IMG/VR virus record: IMGVR_UViG_3300045243_000070
Coordinates: 8,982 to 72,981 of that record
Direction: 5' to 3' (one strand)
Length of the DNA: 64,000 bases
Source of the DNA: a virus
In this document: one piece after another, positions 43,961 through 53,873 of the stretch
Numbering within the stretch: the stretch's first letter is position 1
How the letters are laid out: each line of letters starts with the position of its first letter
Position numbers and translations under genes: made by a program
The notes under the pieces: model-generated
Database searches by the model: none
What the model saw: only the letters and a program-made list of their open reading frames with translations
Told to the model about the DNA's origin: nothing

Positions 43961-44131
43961 TTTTTTGTTTTTGATCTTTCCGCTAAATTAGTAACCATGT
44001 CGTGCACCTCATCTATGCAGTGTGAGCATCCTTCAAAACTTACTGTTTTTGACTTACCACCAAATCTAGGTTCCAACTTAAAATCTACCGACCCAACGAA
44101 GTCATTCTTTAAAAGCTTTGCTCCGCAAAAA

Positions 44132-44572
44132 TCACAGTAGACTAGTTTCATTGCAAGGTTCACCTTTCTCGATTTTTATAATCTCCTGGTCGATGTCGCA
44201 ATAAGCATCACAAATACCACACTGATACTGGTCATCCTCATGATCGTCATGAACTCCGCAGCTTTTTACTTTGGCAGCCAATCTGATTTTTAGTTCTTTC
44301 CATCGCTCCCCATCTTCGTTTTTCTGGCCCACAAGAACCGCAAGGTTAAACCTGAAGCACATAGCATCGGCTTCATCTGCAGATAGCCCATACTTAATAA
44401 TACCGTCTGGGCACATTACGTGATTACCTTCCATAATGGATTTAATAGACCCACTCGGTTTTAAGTGGTCAACCGTGTTTGGTTTATACGGTCCTTTTTC
44501 ATTAATGAGTCTTACAAACTCCCTATAAGTCTCAAGAGTTCCGGTTTGGTTTTTATTGTAGTAAAGGTCCAT
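44132..44572 (-). CDS. hypothetical protein
   Basis: coupled ORF in the minus-strand island. Confidence 0.6.
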   Translation of the reverse strand: MDLYYNKNQTGTLETYREFVRLINEKGPYKPNTVDHLKPSGSIKSIMEGNHVMCPDGIIKYGLSADEADAMCFRFNLAVLVGQKNEDGERWKELKIRLAAKVKSCGVHDDHEDDQYQCGICDAYCDIDQEIIKIEKGEPCNETSLL

Positions 44573-45018
44573 TATTTATGCCCTTCAATTGCTCTTAGGG
44601 CTTTTTCTCTCGACATCGCAGCTCTCGTTGCTGGATTATACTTCAATTCGTCACCAGACAACCACTTGTCAATTCCCAACTGCATTACAGCATCGAACTC
44701 ACATTGAAGTTCGTGGTAGGCCTTTCGTATCCCATCGAGTTCGGCTGTCTCTGTTCCGATACCACCACAGATGCACTCACGACCACTTTCGAGGGGGCGA
44801 CCAAGACAGACTCCGCACATCTTGTTTGAATAGGATGTTGGGGGGCCTGGGCATCCCATATTTGGGCAATAAAATTCCAGTTCCCGTGTGTACTCGCCAT
44901 TGGTATATAGGACGGCTCGTTCATCCATAGTCGTGCCACAAAATCTGCACTTGAAGTTTTCCATGAAGGAATCGGTTCCTACTCCAGGCAATCCTTTTTT
45001 GAAGTCTTCGTTTTTCAT
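44572..45018 (-). CDS. Cys-rich hypothetical protein (likely start MKNEDF)
   Basis: GAGG RBS; ATGA overlap with the upstream ORF. Confidence 0.6.
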   Translation of the reverse strand: MKNEDFKKGLPGVGTDSFMENFKCRFCGTTMDERAVLYTNGEYTRELEFYCPNMGCPGPPTSYSNKMCGVCLGRPLESGRECICGGIGTETAELDGIRKAYHELQCEFDAVMQLGIDKWLSGDELKYNPATRAAMSREKALRAIEGHK

Positions 45019-45224
45019 AGTCCTCGTCTCTTCTTTTCTTCCATCCAAGATACCCTGTCTTGGTAGACCCTGACTCCACATTTCTTGCATACCCCAGTTA
45101 CCAACATCGAATCTTTCCCGCCAACCATTTTATCGACATAGTGTTTGCAGTCTTTGGTCAGTTTGTACCTTATTTTTTGGGGAATGGTGTACCTGGAAGC
45201 CTGTTCTTTTTTACGGTTAAGCAT
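45015..45224 (-). CDS. small Zn-binding hypothetical protein
   Basis: GAGGAG RBS; CKH...CKKCG. Confidence 0.65.
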   Translation of the reverse strand: MLNRKKEQASRYTIPQKIRYKLTKDCKHYVDKMVGGKDSMLVTGVCKKCGVRVYQDRVSWMEEKKRRGL

Positions 45225-45252
45225 TCAATCTCCTCTTATTTAGCATGTCGTG

Positions 45253-45312
45253 TTTATACCTTATTTCTTGGACAAAGTCAACCTCTTTTTCGTAAAAAAG
45301 TTAAATTTTAGC
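45253..45312. promoter_or_regulatory. divergent promoters: sigma70 type (minus) and late motif (plus)
   Basis: minus strand TTGACT-17-TATAAA (45253-45281); plus strand TAAATTTTAGC (45302-45312). Confidence 0.7.
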
Positions 45313-45367
45313 TATATTATAGGGATAACAATCTACAAAAATCACCTATTAGAAAGAGAGATTTAAG

Positions 45368-46192
45368 ATGCCTCCATTGGTTCCTTCCCCTGGAATTCCA
45401 CAGCTTCCATTAATTCCGACTGAAAAAGTCGCTCCAATTCCCAATGTCCAAAACTCTTCAATCATGACAGCTGCGGATTTGAAGAATCGATTCTTATATG
45501 GGATTAAGCTTACTCCACCAAACGGTGGGCCTCCCATGTCTGATGATGCTATTCAGTATCATATTGACGCAGCTACCTCAGCCGTAGAGAATTATCTTCA
45601 AATTGACATTCGCCCACGATACTATCAGCAAGAACGTGCTGACTACATGCGCTCAGATTACACCAACTGGGGATATTTCAGATTGAAGCATGGCCCAATT
45701 CTTCAGTTCTATGAATTCTTAGTTATCTACCCAGATACGGGGTCTGTTGTAGCGCTACCACTTCAATGGCTTCAAACAGATGCTGTTGGTCAGTCAAACG
45801 TTGTTAACATTATCCCAGGTGTTGGTTCAATGGGTAGCTTTGTGATTGGGTACGGTAACAGCATCCTCCCTCTAGTCTTCTCAACAGCTGACTTTCTACC
45901 AGACCTATTTAAAATTTCTTATAAAGCTGGGTTCCCCGCCAATAAAGTCCCAGAAGCTTTCACCAGTGTTATTGGGAAGAAGGCCGTTATTGATATTCTT
46001 ATCCAAGTCTCGAACAGCTACCTTCAAGCTGGAGCTATTGAGCAACAAATAGGTGTTGATGGGAACTTTGAAAGGGTTACAACCATCCCGTTCATTTATG
46101 AAAAGCAAATCGAGCTTTATCGTAAACAATATGCCGAAGAAATAAGTCAATTAAGAAGTATGTACCAAGGAATAAAAATGGTGGTGGCATAA
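45368..46192 (+). CDS. head-tail connector/neck protein
   Basis: position; LYGI.L...I..A.S.VE..L.I, I.YKAGF, GVDG motifs of Twort-like neck proteins. Confidence 0.75.
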   Translation: MPPLVPSPGIPQLPLIPTEKVAPIPNVQNSSIMTAADLKNRFLYGIKLTPPNGGPPMSDDAIQYHIDAATSAVENYLQIDIRPRYYQQERADYMRSDYTNWGYFRLKHGPILQFYEFLVIYPDTGSVVALPLQWLQTDAVGQSNVVNIIPGVGSMGSFVIGYGNSILPLVFSTADFLPDLFKISYKAGFPANKVPEAFTSVIGKKAVIDILIQVSNSYLQAGAIEQQIGVDGNFERVTTIPFIYEKQIELYRKQYAEEISQLRSMYQGIKMVVA

Positions 46193-46726
46193 GTGGAAGC
46201 AACCGCCATAAAAAATTGTTCCGCTTGTGGGCTCGATAAACCCATAAATGATTTCAGAACGATAAATTCTTTAACTAGAGATAGAAAGTATCTTTCCTCA
46301 AAATGTCGGGGCTGTGAAACAGAATACACTGCTAATTGGAAATCAAAAAATACAAAAAAACACCTAAATCAACTTTTCCGTTACAGACAAAAAAACTCTG
46401 AAACCTTCAAACTAGGTATGAGTAGGTGGTACTATTCTAAGGCCGAAAGATTAAATTCTGAAAAAATAAAATCGATTAAAAAAATAGGGTGTATTTGCCC
46501 AGGTTGTGGATTTGACTACTCTTCTTGCCCGGACAGGGCTTTAATGCTCATATTTGAAAAATCCCATGTTCACAGTTCTACTTGTTCTCTGAGAAAACAA
46601 AAGAAAAACAATAGATTTAATATAGTAGATGACTTTTTTTGGTCTTGTCAGTACTGCAACAACGGTGTTCAGAGAAATAAGTGTGGTTCGTGGGAATCAC
46701 CGAATAATTTCAAATCAATCTGTTAA
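46193..46726 (+). CDS. putative Zn-finger/HNH-like endonuclease
   Basis: CSACGLDKPINDF..CRGC N-domain like the other HNH genes; CPGC...H...CQYCN. Confidence 0.6.
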   Translation: MEATAIKNCSACGLDKPINDFRTINSLTRDRKYLSSKCRGCETEYTANWKSKNTKKHLNQLFRYRQKNSETFKLGMSRWYYSKAERLNSEKIKSIKKIGCICPGCGFDYSSCPDRALMLIFEKSHVHSSTCSLRKQKKNNRFNIVDDFFWSCQYCNNGVQRNKCGSWESPNNFKSIC

Positions 46727-46737
46727 GGTCGTTTTAA

Positions 46738-47697
46738 ATGCCTATCGCTCCAAGCCCAATCTATGTCTCTTTTAGTACAAACACGCTCGGACAAATGGTT
46801 GTTACTTGGTTTGCTGCTCCTGGGGCAGTAAGCTACAATGTCTACAGACGCTCAGACGTTTCTGACGGATTTGGAGCCCCTCTAAACTCATCTCCAGTGG
46901 TCAGCACATCTTTTATTGATACAACGTTTGTTTCTGGTTCCGTTGTCTATTACACTATTACATCTGTAAATTCTTTTGGTGAATCTCTACCCTCACAGGC
47001 TCTTCAAGTCAATGACTTTTCTGGTCCGGTCCTTCCAAGGGTCGACTTCCATCAAACAAAGTTCAGTAGGTTTATTGAAGAAAAAGGATACCGTGTTCGC
47101 AGAGAATCTGCTCTGGCATGCCCTTGTAATAAGGCTTCACAAAAAACAACGGATGCTTCTGACTTAAACTGTAGGTTATGTAAAGACAAGCACTATATCT
47201 ATTTTCCCGCCGGGGAAATGATAGCTCTGATTACAAACATGACTCAGGAGAATACTCTCGAACAGTCCGGTCAGTGGTTGGCTGGTATGTACAAGATAAC
47301 TACTAAACCTACAGATCAGCTGGGGCTTTACGACAGACTTATTTTTATTGACGACAGTGTAAGCTTTACCGAAGCTCTTGTCAGGTCATCAACAAGCGAC
47401 ACGGATGAGCTTAGGTTCCCTGCGATAACTTTTGACCTCCCTATTGAAGACATAAATGGGGTTACTTACCTTTTGGAGACCGACTTCAGCTTGGACTCGG
47501 ACGGAAATATTGTTTGGGGGTTGTCAAGTAAACAACCATCGCCTGGAACTTATTTTGGGGTTCGATATCAAACGCTCAGAAGAATCTTAGTCGTTGACTT
47601 CCCACACGTTACAAGGTCTTCTCCTATCGGAAACCCTCCCGTTCATCAACCAATGAGTTTGGCGGCTGTAGGCAAGCTCGAATTCTTCATGGAGTAG
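46738..47697 (+). CDS. neck/head-completion protein with an N-terminal FN3-like domain
   Basis: W.A.PGAVSYNVYR...YY.ITSVN..GES (FN3); CPC..C.LC then YDR. Confidence 0.75.
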   Translation: MPIAPSPIYVSFSTNTLGQMVVTWFAAPGAVSYNVYRRSDVSDGFGAPLNSSPVVSTSFIDTTFVSGSVVYYTITSVNSFGESLPSQALQVNDFSGPVLPRVDFHQTKFSRFIEEKGYRVRRESALACPCNKASQKTTDASDLNCRLCKDKHYIYFPAGEMIALITNMTQENTLEQSGQWLAGMYKITTKPTDQLGLYDRLIFIDDSVSFTEALVRSSTSDTDELRFPAITFDLPIEDINGVTYLLETDFSLDSDGNIVWGLSSKQPSPGTYFGVRYQTLRRILVVDFPHVTRSSPIGNPPVHQPMSLAAVGKLEFFME

Positions 47698-47701
47698 TAA
47701 A

Positions 47702-48328
47702 ATGTTAGATTTTCAAGCGGACATTTCGGGTTCGGGAGACCTCTGGGGAGGAGCTCTCGAAAACTATATTACTGAATCTATGGATGCAATTGCGGAAGCA
47801 GCCAGAGATGAATGGGTTCGTCTTGCCCAAGAATCTGATTTAACTGTAACCAAAGATGCTTACATCGAAGGTATCGGTGAAATCCAAGCGCCTTCGGAAA
47901 CCGAAAGAAAAATAGAGTTGGAAGGTTGGCTTCCAAACGCTCTTGAAACAGGGATTGGTTCATTCGATATGAAGCCTGGACTTTTAAAGGGTAGAGACCA
48001 CGTAGCTATTCCTATGAAATATGGAGCCCCAGGTTCTACGAACAGTACTCCCCTTACTTCCCAAACATTTAACCGTGCCAAGAATTTAAAAAAAGGTGAG
48101 AGATTCAGCACGAAGATGGGACGTTCAAAGTACGAGGGTCTTAAGAGAGACAGTCAAACTAAAGATAGGGATTCGTTTGTTAAATTCAGAACGGTGTCTG
48201 TTAACTCACCCTCAAGCTCTTGGGTACACCCAGGGCTCACACCTCTGTTACTTGCGGAGCAGGTTCAATCTTTTATTGAGCAGAATATGCCTAACATCTT
48301 AGCTAAATTTAACCCAGACCAAGGATAA
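47702..48328 (+). CDS. neck/tail completion protein
   Basis: LE.G...FDMKPGLL, FRTVSVNSP.SSW.HPG. Confidence 0.75.
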   Translation: MLDFQADISGSGDLWGGALENYITESMDAIAEAARDEWVRLAQESDLTVTKDAYIEGIGEIQAPSETERKIELEGWLPNALETGIGSFDMKPGLLKGRDHVAIPMKYGAPGSTNSTPLTSQTFNRAKNLKKGERFSTKMGRSKYEGLKRDSQTKDRDSFVKFRTVSVNSPSSSWVHPGLTPLLLAEQVQSFIEQNMPNILAKFNPDQG

Positions 48329-48332
48329 TATT

Positions 48333-48992
48333 ATGCCAGTCAGTTCCCCAGAAGTTACAATCGAAAATATCATACAAAATGGGTTTGCTGACATTGTGGC
48401 AAATGCTTCTACATACATTCCACTTATTTTGGCTAACTTCCCAACTGACTATCGCACAGACGCTATAGCCTACTTAACTGGACCTAATTTTAAAATAAAT
48501 ACTTTTTTTGGGTACGCCTACGACACGTCAGAAATGCCAGTGTTTAATATAGTCTTGTCGAGCGAATCCGAGGGAACCGGAGCAAGCCGTCAAATGTATC
48601 TTGGAGACATCGTGGAAGCTGCTGACGACAATCCTAACACTCAAGACTACGAACAATTTGGAAGCATGTGGTCAGCATCTATCTCCGTTATTGTTCGTTG
48701 CCAAAAAGCCAGACAAACGATAATTCTTTATGCTTTAACTAAGTGGTTGATGTTAAAAAATCGTGTCGCTTTAGAAACCGCTGGAATCATGGCTACAAAA
48801 TTCAGTGGTAGCGACCTTGTTTATGACAAAACAAAAGAACCCACTTTTACTTTTGCAAGAACGTGGAAGATGGATTGTCTGGTATTTAATACCTACGACT
48901 TGGATATTACTTCTGACCCAACACTTCTAACCGTTGTCTCTGCATTTAATTCGGAGGTCAGAGGTCTTCCTCAGGAACAAGAAGAGTCTTAA
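48333..48992 (+). CDS. tail terminator-like structural protein
   Basis: position before the sheath; acidic, beta-rich. Confidence 0.6.
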   Translation: MPVSSPEVTIENIIQNGFADIVANASTYIPLILANFPTDYRTDAIAYLTGPNFKINTFFGYAYDTSEMPVFNIVLSSESEGTGASRQMYLGDIVEAADDNPNTQDYEQFGSMWSASISVIVRCQKARQTIILYALTKWLMLKNRVALETAGIMATKFSGSDLVYDKTKEPTFTFARTWKMDCLVFNTYDLDITSDPTLLTVVSAFNSEVRGLPQEQEES

Positions 48993-49708
48993 TCCCAGTG
49001 AGCTTTTCTTGCACGGAGCAAGAACTCATTGAGTTTGTCTGGGTCGTTAGTATGGTTTGGATTGGTTTCGTAAGCCTTAACCAATTCACCTTCAAGATGC
49101 TGAGCCCAATCAATAACCATACCCTTACTGTATTCTCCTGACTTAAGAGCCCTTAACGCCTTAGCATAGTTAAACTCTTCATCATAATGAATATTAAGAT
49201 TAGAGTCTAAATAATCGGGCATTATTTCAAACTGTTTTTGAACATTTATTGTTAAAGAATCATGTTTCAAAAGCTCAATTCCAAGTAACAATACACGAAT
49301 ATAAGCCACCGCATACTTCCAGGGTCGGTTGTCTTTATCTTCAAGAAACTTTTTTCGTTGGTTAATGGAGTACCCACGGAAAGCTTCAAGAACTCCCTTA
49401 GATGTCCACATGTATGGAAATAATGATTTAAGCTCTTCACCCCAAGGAGTGGATTCCATAACTGGGCCGTGTAGGACTTCTAAAACCGTTGCATTTGATT
49501 TTAAGGCCATGAACAAGAATTTGTTCAACTCATAGGCAGTGTCATCCGTGTCCCCCTCATTCCAAGAGACTTGATCGGCTTTGCCACCAAGCTTTAAGAT
49601 TTCGGACGTGGGGGCAATAAATACTCCACGGTAATCATAGTCGCTTGTAGGAGTTTCCAGCCCGTGTGCTCTACTTCCAACTAGGGTCTTTAAAATCATT
49701 TTGTTCAT
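48989..49708 (-). CDS. Pol-beta-superfamily nucleotidyltransferase (RlaP/YcgL-like)
   Basis: VGSRAHGLETPTSDYDYRGVF, YELNKF, N..VLE.L. Confidence 0.85.
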   Translation of the reverse strand: MNKMILKTLVGSRAHGLETPTSDYDYRGVFIAPTSEILKLGGKADQVSWNEGDTDDTAYELNKFLFMALKSNATVLEVLHGPVMESTPWGEELKSLFPYMWTSKGVLEAFRGYSINQRKKFLEDKDNRPWKYAVAYIRVLLLGIELLKHDSLTINVQKQFEIMPDYLDSNLNIHYDEEFNYAKALRALKSGEYSKGMVIDWAQHLEGELVKAYETNPNHTNDPDKLNEFLLRARKAHWD

Positions 49709-49926
49709 GTATGTCCGTCCTTGTTAAATTCGACCTCTGAGATTATTAATACTTGAACTAAATCACCGTCTGAGTTATATTGCATAGGAAAAACGGAAAC
49801 TATTTTTTCCCCGTTTTCATATAGCCCAGTAATCGCCTCCTCTACTTGAGCCATCGTAACGTGGTATATTCCAGGTTTTTTGTTTACATAGTTATACTGA
49901 AGACTTTTACTCATCGTAATCCTCAC
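49705..49926 (-). CDS. hypothetical protein
   Basis: coupled ORF in the island. Confidence 0.5.
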   Translation of the reverse strand: MRITMSKSLQYNYVNKKPGIYHVTMAQVEEAITGLYENGEKIVSVFPMQYNSDGDLVQVLIISEVEFNKDGHT

Positions 49927-50152
49927 TTTTTACTGCCCACACTCTCCCATATAATGGGATTGAGCTTTGGCAGGTAATTGCTGCATGGCACTCATCACAG
50001 TGTCCCTGTTTTCCGCTTAGGTCGGCAGCAATTCCTGTCGGAACATGGCTTTCCTCATAAGTTAACAATATGCTTTTTCCAGCCTTGGACTGGAATTCGG
50101 TTAATTTACCGCATTTTGGGCAAGTCACCATTACGCTGTCAAACATCCCCAT
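49907..50152 (-). CDS. Zn-ribbon protein
   Basis: MGMFDSV...CPKCG...EFQSK...CDEC; AAGGAG RBS. Confidence 0.7.
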   Translation of the reverse strand: MGMFDSVMVTCPKCGKLTEFQSKAGKSILLTYEESHVPTGIAADLSGKQGHCDECHAAITCQSSIPLYGRVWAVKSEDYDE

Positions 50153-50173
50153 TCATAAACTCCTTTAATTTAA

Positions 50174-50198
50174 GCAAAGATTGTTAAATTTTAGCTAT
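50174..50198 (+). promoter_or_regulatory. putative late promoter
   Basis: GCAAAGATTGTTAAATTTTAGCTAT, identical to 38505-38529. Confidence 0.75.
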
Positions 50199-50214
50199 AT
50201 GTTGAGGTACAAAC

Positions 50215-50436
50215 ATGGCTAAATTGTCTCGATCAGATTCTACTCCAAAACCCACTAAGAATCAAGGAAAATTTTTGGTTAAAGCTTCGGTCTATGCCCG
50301 TCTAAAGAGCCTGACCGCCTTTGACACTCTTATTTTCCAACGCATGGCTGACAATAAGTACCCTGGAGCTTTGAAATCACTGGAAGATTGGGATGCTTTC
50401 AGAGCTGAATACCAAAATAGCGGTTCAACGAAATAA
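50215..50436 (+). CDS. small protein preceding the tail sheath
   Basis: GAGG RBS; syntenic position. Confidence 0.65.
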   Translation: MAKLSRSDSTPKPTKNQGKFLVKASVYARLKSLTAFDTLIFQRMADNKYPGALKSLEDWDAFRAEYQNSGSTK

Positions 50437-50462
50437 CAGTTTAAGATTATACAGGAGATAAC

Positions 50463-52319
50463 ATGGCACTTCAAGCATTTTTCAATGGAAAGGTTTATAC
50501 CCAACCAAGTTCAGCCACTGAAATTAATTCCAGTGCGCTAAACCCACTTCAGCTTGGTTATTCGGGAATCGCTGCTGTTATCGGTTCTTGCGTCAGCGGT
50601 GAACCTTTTATCCCTCAATTATTTACTTCCCCAGGTCAGTTAAAAGCTGCTCTCGGCTCAGGCCCAGCTTATGATGCTGCTCGTGTTTGCTTCACTCCAA
50701 CAACTCAAATTGTTGAAGGTAACTCAGTTCGCCCTCAAATCGTGTATGTGGTTCGTGCGGACAATGCCACACAATCTTCATATACAGCTGCTGACTCAAA
50801 TTCAGCTGACACTATCGTTTTTACTTCTACGGACTTTGGAGCTCAAACAAATTCAATCAGCGTTCAAGTTACTGGTGGCTCATTTCCAGTTCTAACCGAC
50901 CCGGTTGTTGCTCCAACTGGTATTAATCCAGTCACGGTTGTTATTCAAAACAGCTACAATGATTCACTTGAAACGTATTCCAATATTGGACTTGGGGTAT
51001 TGTTTGGCATCCAATATACTGGGACAGGCACACCAGCGACAATGTCAATTAGCGCTACTAGCTTAACAACTACCATCACTGGTGGGCCTGGAAGCGAAGA
51101 GCTTACTGTTCCTTTCGCCACCTACGGAACTGTTCAGCAAGTGGTTGATTATATCAACTCTCTTGGACTTCCTTACGATATCACAAACGTTGCTCCAAAT
51201 GCTTCGACTTTCAACGCCGTTGATTTGGACCACTTCACAAACTTTGACGTGTTAACAGACGCTGTTGGAGTCTATGCTGTTACTACAGCTATCTTGTCCA
51301 CTATCAACCCAGTTTCTGGAAACGTTCAAGTATCTTTAAGCTCCACAACAACTCAACGTCCACCAGCTAACATTTCAACTCCAGTCAATCTTTCTGGTGG
51401 AAGCACTACGAACCAATCCTCTTTCAACAACATTCAAGCAGCCTTGAGTGCGTTGACTTTAACAAGAATTAACTTTTTGTGCGGGTCTATGGATGCTGAC
51501 CCTACCTTAACGTCAGTCGATGCCGGAAGCTTGTTCGCAGCCTTCGTTCAAAACATGCAAGGAAAGAATGAGTGCAGAGCTCATCTTGGGCTAAGCGCAA
51601 ACATTACCTTGGCTGTTGCCAAGGCTTATGCTGCTCAATTGAACTCACAGATGACAAACCTTTGGTTCCAAGGGCCTATCATGCCCAACGATCAGGGAGT
51701 TACAACCACGTATTCTCCTTGGATGCAAGCTGCTATGGCGACTGGAATGCAAGCCGGAATGCCAATTGGCTCTTCCTTCGTTCAAAAGTCATTCAACGTT
51801 CTTGGATACTCTTACAACACTTCAACTGATGGTTTTGACATCATTAACAATGCTGATGCCATCATCTTGGACAGATTGTCTTTGGTTCGCTTCAACGGAG
51901 CCACATCAACCTGGAATTGTGTTCGTGCTCTTTCTTCTTACGTCAGCGACTCCAACTCCTTCAACATCGAACCTGGACTTCAATCAGCCGTAAACTATGC
52001 CGTGTACAACATCCGTCAGGACGTTGAACAAAAATTCCTTGGGGCAAGAACATTGTTCACAGAGGCTGGTTCGACTGCCGATTCTATCCAAAGAGAAGTT
52101 GTTGCTTATGGAGCGTTGCTGGAAGCAGCTAACGTTATCACAAAAGCAACGGTTCTTGTCAATAACCAAAAACAAACACTGCCTGCGTTGGTTATCGACA
52201 GCATAACAATTACGGACGACACAGCCCGTCTTCGTTATGGTATTAGACCAATCGGTTCCTTGAACTTTATCTTCCACACAGTTTCATTAAACGCTAATTC
52301 ACAAGTTGCCACAGCTTAA
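50463..52319 (+). CDS. tail sheath protein
   Basis: 618 aa; FFNGK.Y.QP, GSC.SGEP, L.GG, C-terminal PIGSLNFI; followed by the tube gene. Confidence 0.9.
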   Translation: MALQAFFNGKVYTQPSSATEINSSALNPLQLGYSGIAAVIGSCVSGEPFIPQLFTSPGQLKAALGSGPAYDAARVCFTPTTQIVEGNSVRPQIVYVVRADNATQSSYTAADSNSADTIVFTSTDFGAQTNSISVQVTGGSFPVLTDPVVAPTGINPVTVVIQNSYNDSLETYSNIGLGVLFGIQYTGTGTPATMSISATSLTTTITGGPGSEELTVPFATYGTVQQVVDYINSLGLPYDITNVAPNASTFNAVDLDHFTNFDVLTDAVGVYAVTTAILSTINPVSGNVQVSLSSTTTQRPPANISTPVNLSGGSTTNQSSFNNIQAALSALTLTRINFLCGSMDADPTLTSVDAGSLFAAFVQNMQGKNECRAHLGLSANITLAVAKAYAAQLNSQMTNLWFQGPIMPNDQGVTTTYSPWMQAAMATGMQAGMPIGSSFVQKSFNVLGYSYNTSTDGFDIINNADAIILDRLSLVRFNGATSTWNCVRALSSYVSDSNSFNIEPGLQSAVNYAVYNIRQDVEQKFLGARTLFTEAGSTADSIQREVVAYGALLEAANVITKATVLVNNQKQTLPALVIDSITITDDTARLRYGIRPIGSLNFIFHTVSLNANSQVATA

Positions 52320-52337
52320 TTCAAATAGGAGTCTAAG

Positions 52338-52784
52338 ATGCCAAATCTAGTATATACAGGCGCAAGAGCCATCTTCAAACTGAAGGGCGAAAAAGTCGCC
52401 GTTGCTACGGGCGTTGATGTTGGTTCAAACATCGCTTACGACCCTGTCCGCACTCTCGATTTGCTAGAAGTGTACGAATTCGCTGAAGCTCAGTACAATG
52501 CTACTTTGTCCTGTACTACGGTGAAAGTTATTGGCTCTTCCCCCACCCAATTGGGATTCTTCCCTAAGATCGACCTCATGTCAATCCTGCTTCAGCCCGA
52601 ACTCGTGGCTGAACTCTATGACAACGTTACTGGTCAGTTGGTTTGCGTTGCCGAAGGCGTTAAGCCCGAAAACAACACATTCAACGTGACTGCTGGCGCT
52701 GTCGTTGCTAACAACCTAACCTTCGTTTGTAAGCGTGTCAAGGATGTTTCGGAAAGTAATCCTTCCGTTGGTCCGACTCAATAA
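52338..52784 (+). CDS. tail tube protein
   Basis: 148 aa after the sheath; VYTGARAIFKLKG.KV. Confidence 0.85.
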   Translation: MPNLVYTGARAIFKLKGEKVAVATGVDVGSNIAYDPVRTLDLLEVYEFAEAQYNATLSCTTVKVIGSSPTQLGFFPKIDLMSILLQPELVAELYDNVTGQLVCVAEGVKPENNTFNVTAGAVVANNLTFVCKRVKDVSESNPSVGPTQ

Positions 52785-52796
52785 TAGGCGGTTTGA

Positions 52797-53396
52797 GTGG
52801 AAACTAAGGTCTGTACTGGATGCCACATCTCAAAAGACACAGGCTCTTTTTACAGAAACAAAGCTCGTTATGACGGCCTCAACAATTACTGCAAAACTTG
52901 TGATTCTTCCAGAATTAATAAATTAAGGTCTAAAAATCCAGATAGGTTCAGCGAGGTTGGAAATAAGTCTTATCAAAAACATAAAAACTCTGTACTTAAG
53001 AAACAGAAGACTTACAGAGAGGAAAATGTTGAAAAAATAAGACTGAAGAATTCAAGATACTGGGTTGAAGACAAAGAAAGAATTTCAAAAAGAAACAAAG
53101 CCTGGAAGAAATCAAATCCAGACAAACTTACGGCTATGGCAGCTAAAAGAAGAGCTGCAGAATTGAGAGCCACACCGCCCTGGTTAACCCAAGAAATGAA
53201 GACGGATATCAACTTCTTCTATACAATCCGCTCATCAATGAAAAATCCCTCAGACTGGCATATCGACCACATAACCCCATTGCAAGGTAAGTTTGTAAGC
53301 GGGTTGCACATACCTTCAAACCTACAGCTCCTCCCAAAGACAGATAACCTGTCCAAGACAAACAAGTTCACGCCGTTATCAATAAATTTTAAGTAA
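52797..53396 (+). CDS. HNH homing endonuclease, paralog of 41701..42198
   Basis: ATPPWLTQEMKTDINFFYTIR...WHIDHITPLQG..VSGLHIPSNLQ. Confidence 0.88.
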   Translation: METKVCTGCHISKDTGSFYRNKARYDGLNNYCKTCDSSRINKLRSKNPDRFSEVGNKSYQKHKNSVLKKQKTYREENVEKIRLKNSRYWVEDKERISKRNKAWKKSNPDKLTAMAAKRRAAELRATPPWLTQEMKTDINFFYTIRSSMKNPSDWHIDHITPLQGKFVSGLHIPSNLQLLPKTDNLSKTNKFTPLSINFK

Positions 53397-53408
53397 AGGA
53401 AGTTTATC

Positions 53409-53873
53409 ATGGATGAGAAAGAAATACTTTCCCCCACAAATACTGACACGCCATCTCCTACGAATGCGGAGCTTACCAACGTTCCAACGCCGAAGCCAGA
53501 GGAAGTCAAGAAATCTCCAGAACAACTTGTAAAAGAGTCTATTAAGGATTACGCATTCTTGTCATTCACCAATGGCGTATTAAAAGTAGAACACGCAGAG
53601 ATGAAGTCATTCTTGACACCCGTTCTCCTGAAGACTGGTAGTATAGTCAAAAGAGGGACTATACTTGCTAATCTAAATGGTGGGGCTGCCAACATTGACC
53701 AGCAAACCCAAGGCTTGAATAGTAGTATTGCTACTGTTTTAGTTGGATTTGCTGAACCGCTGAAGGTCAATCTATTGGAAGTAGAGGATACCGATTTAAT
53801 TATGGGTCTCTACGTTACAGTAGTAGCCTACAACGCCTTTTTTCGTAAAACCCCTCTCGGATTCGTACTCTAA
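53409..53873 (+). CDS. tail assembly chaperone (G-like)
   Basis: lies between tube and tape measure; ends just after TTT TTT CGT. Confidence 0.75.
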   Translation: MDEKEILSPTNTDTPSPTNAELTNVPTPKPEEVKKSPEQLVKESIKDYAFLSFTNGVLKVEHAEMKSFLTPVLLKTGSIVKRGTILANLNGGAANIDQQTQGLNSSIATVLVGFAEPLKVNLLEVEDTDLIMGLYVTVVAYNAFFRKTPLGFVL

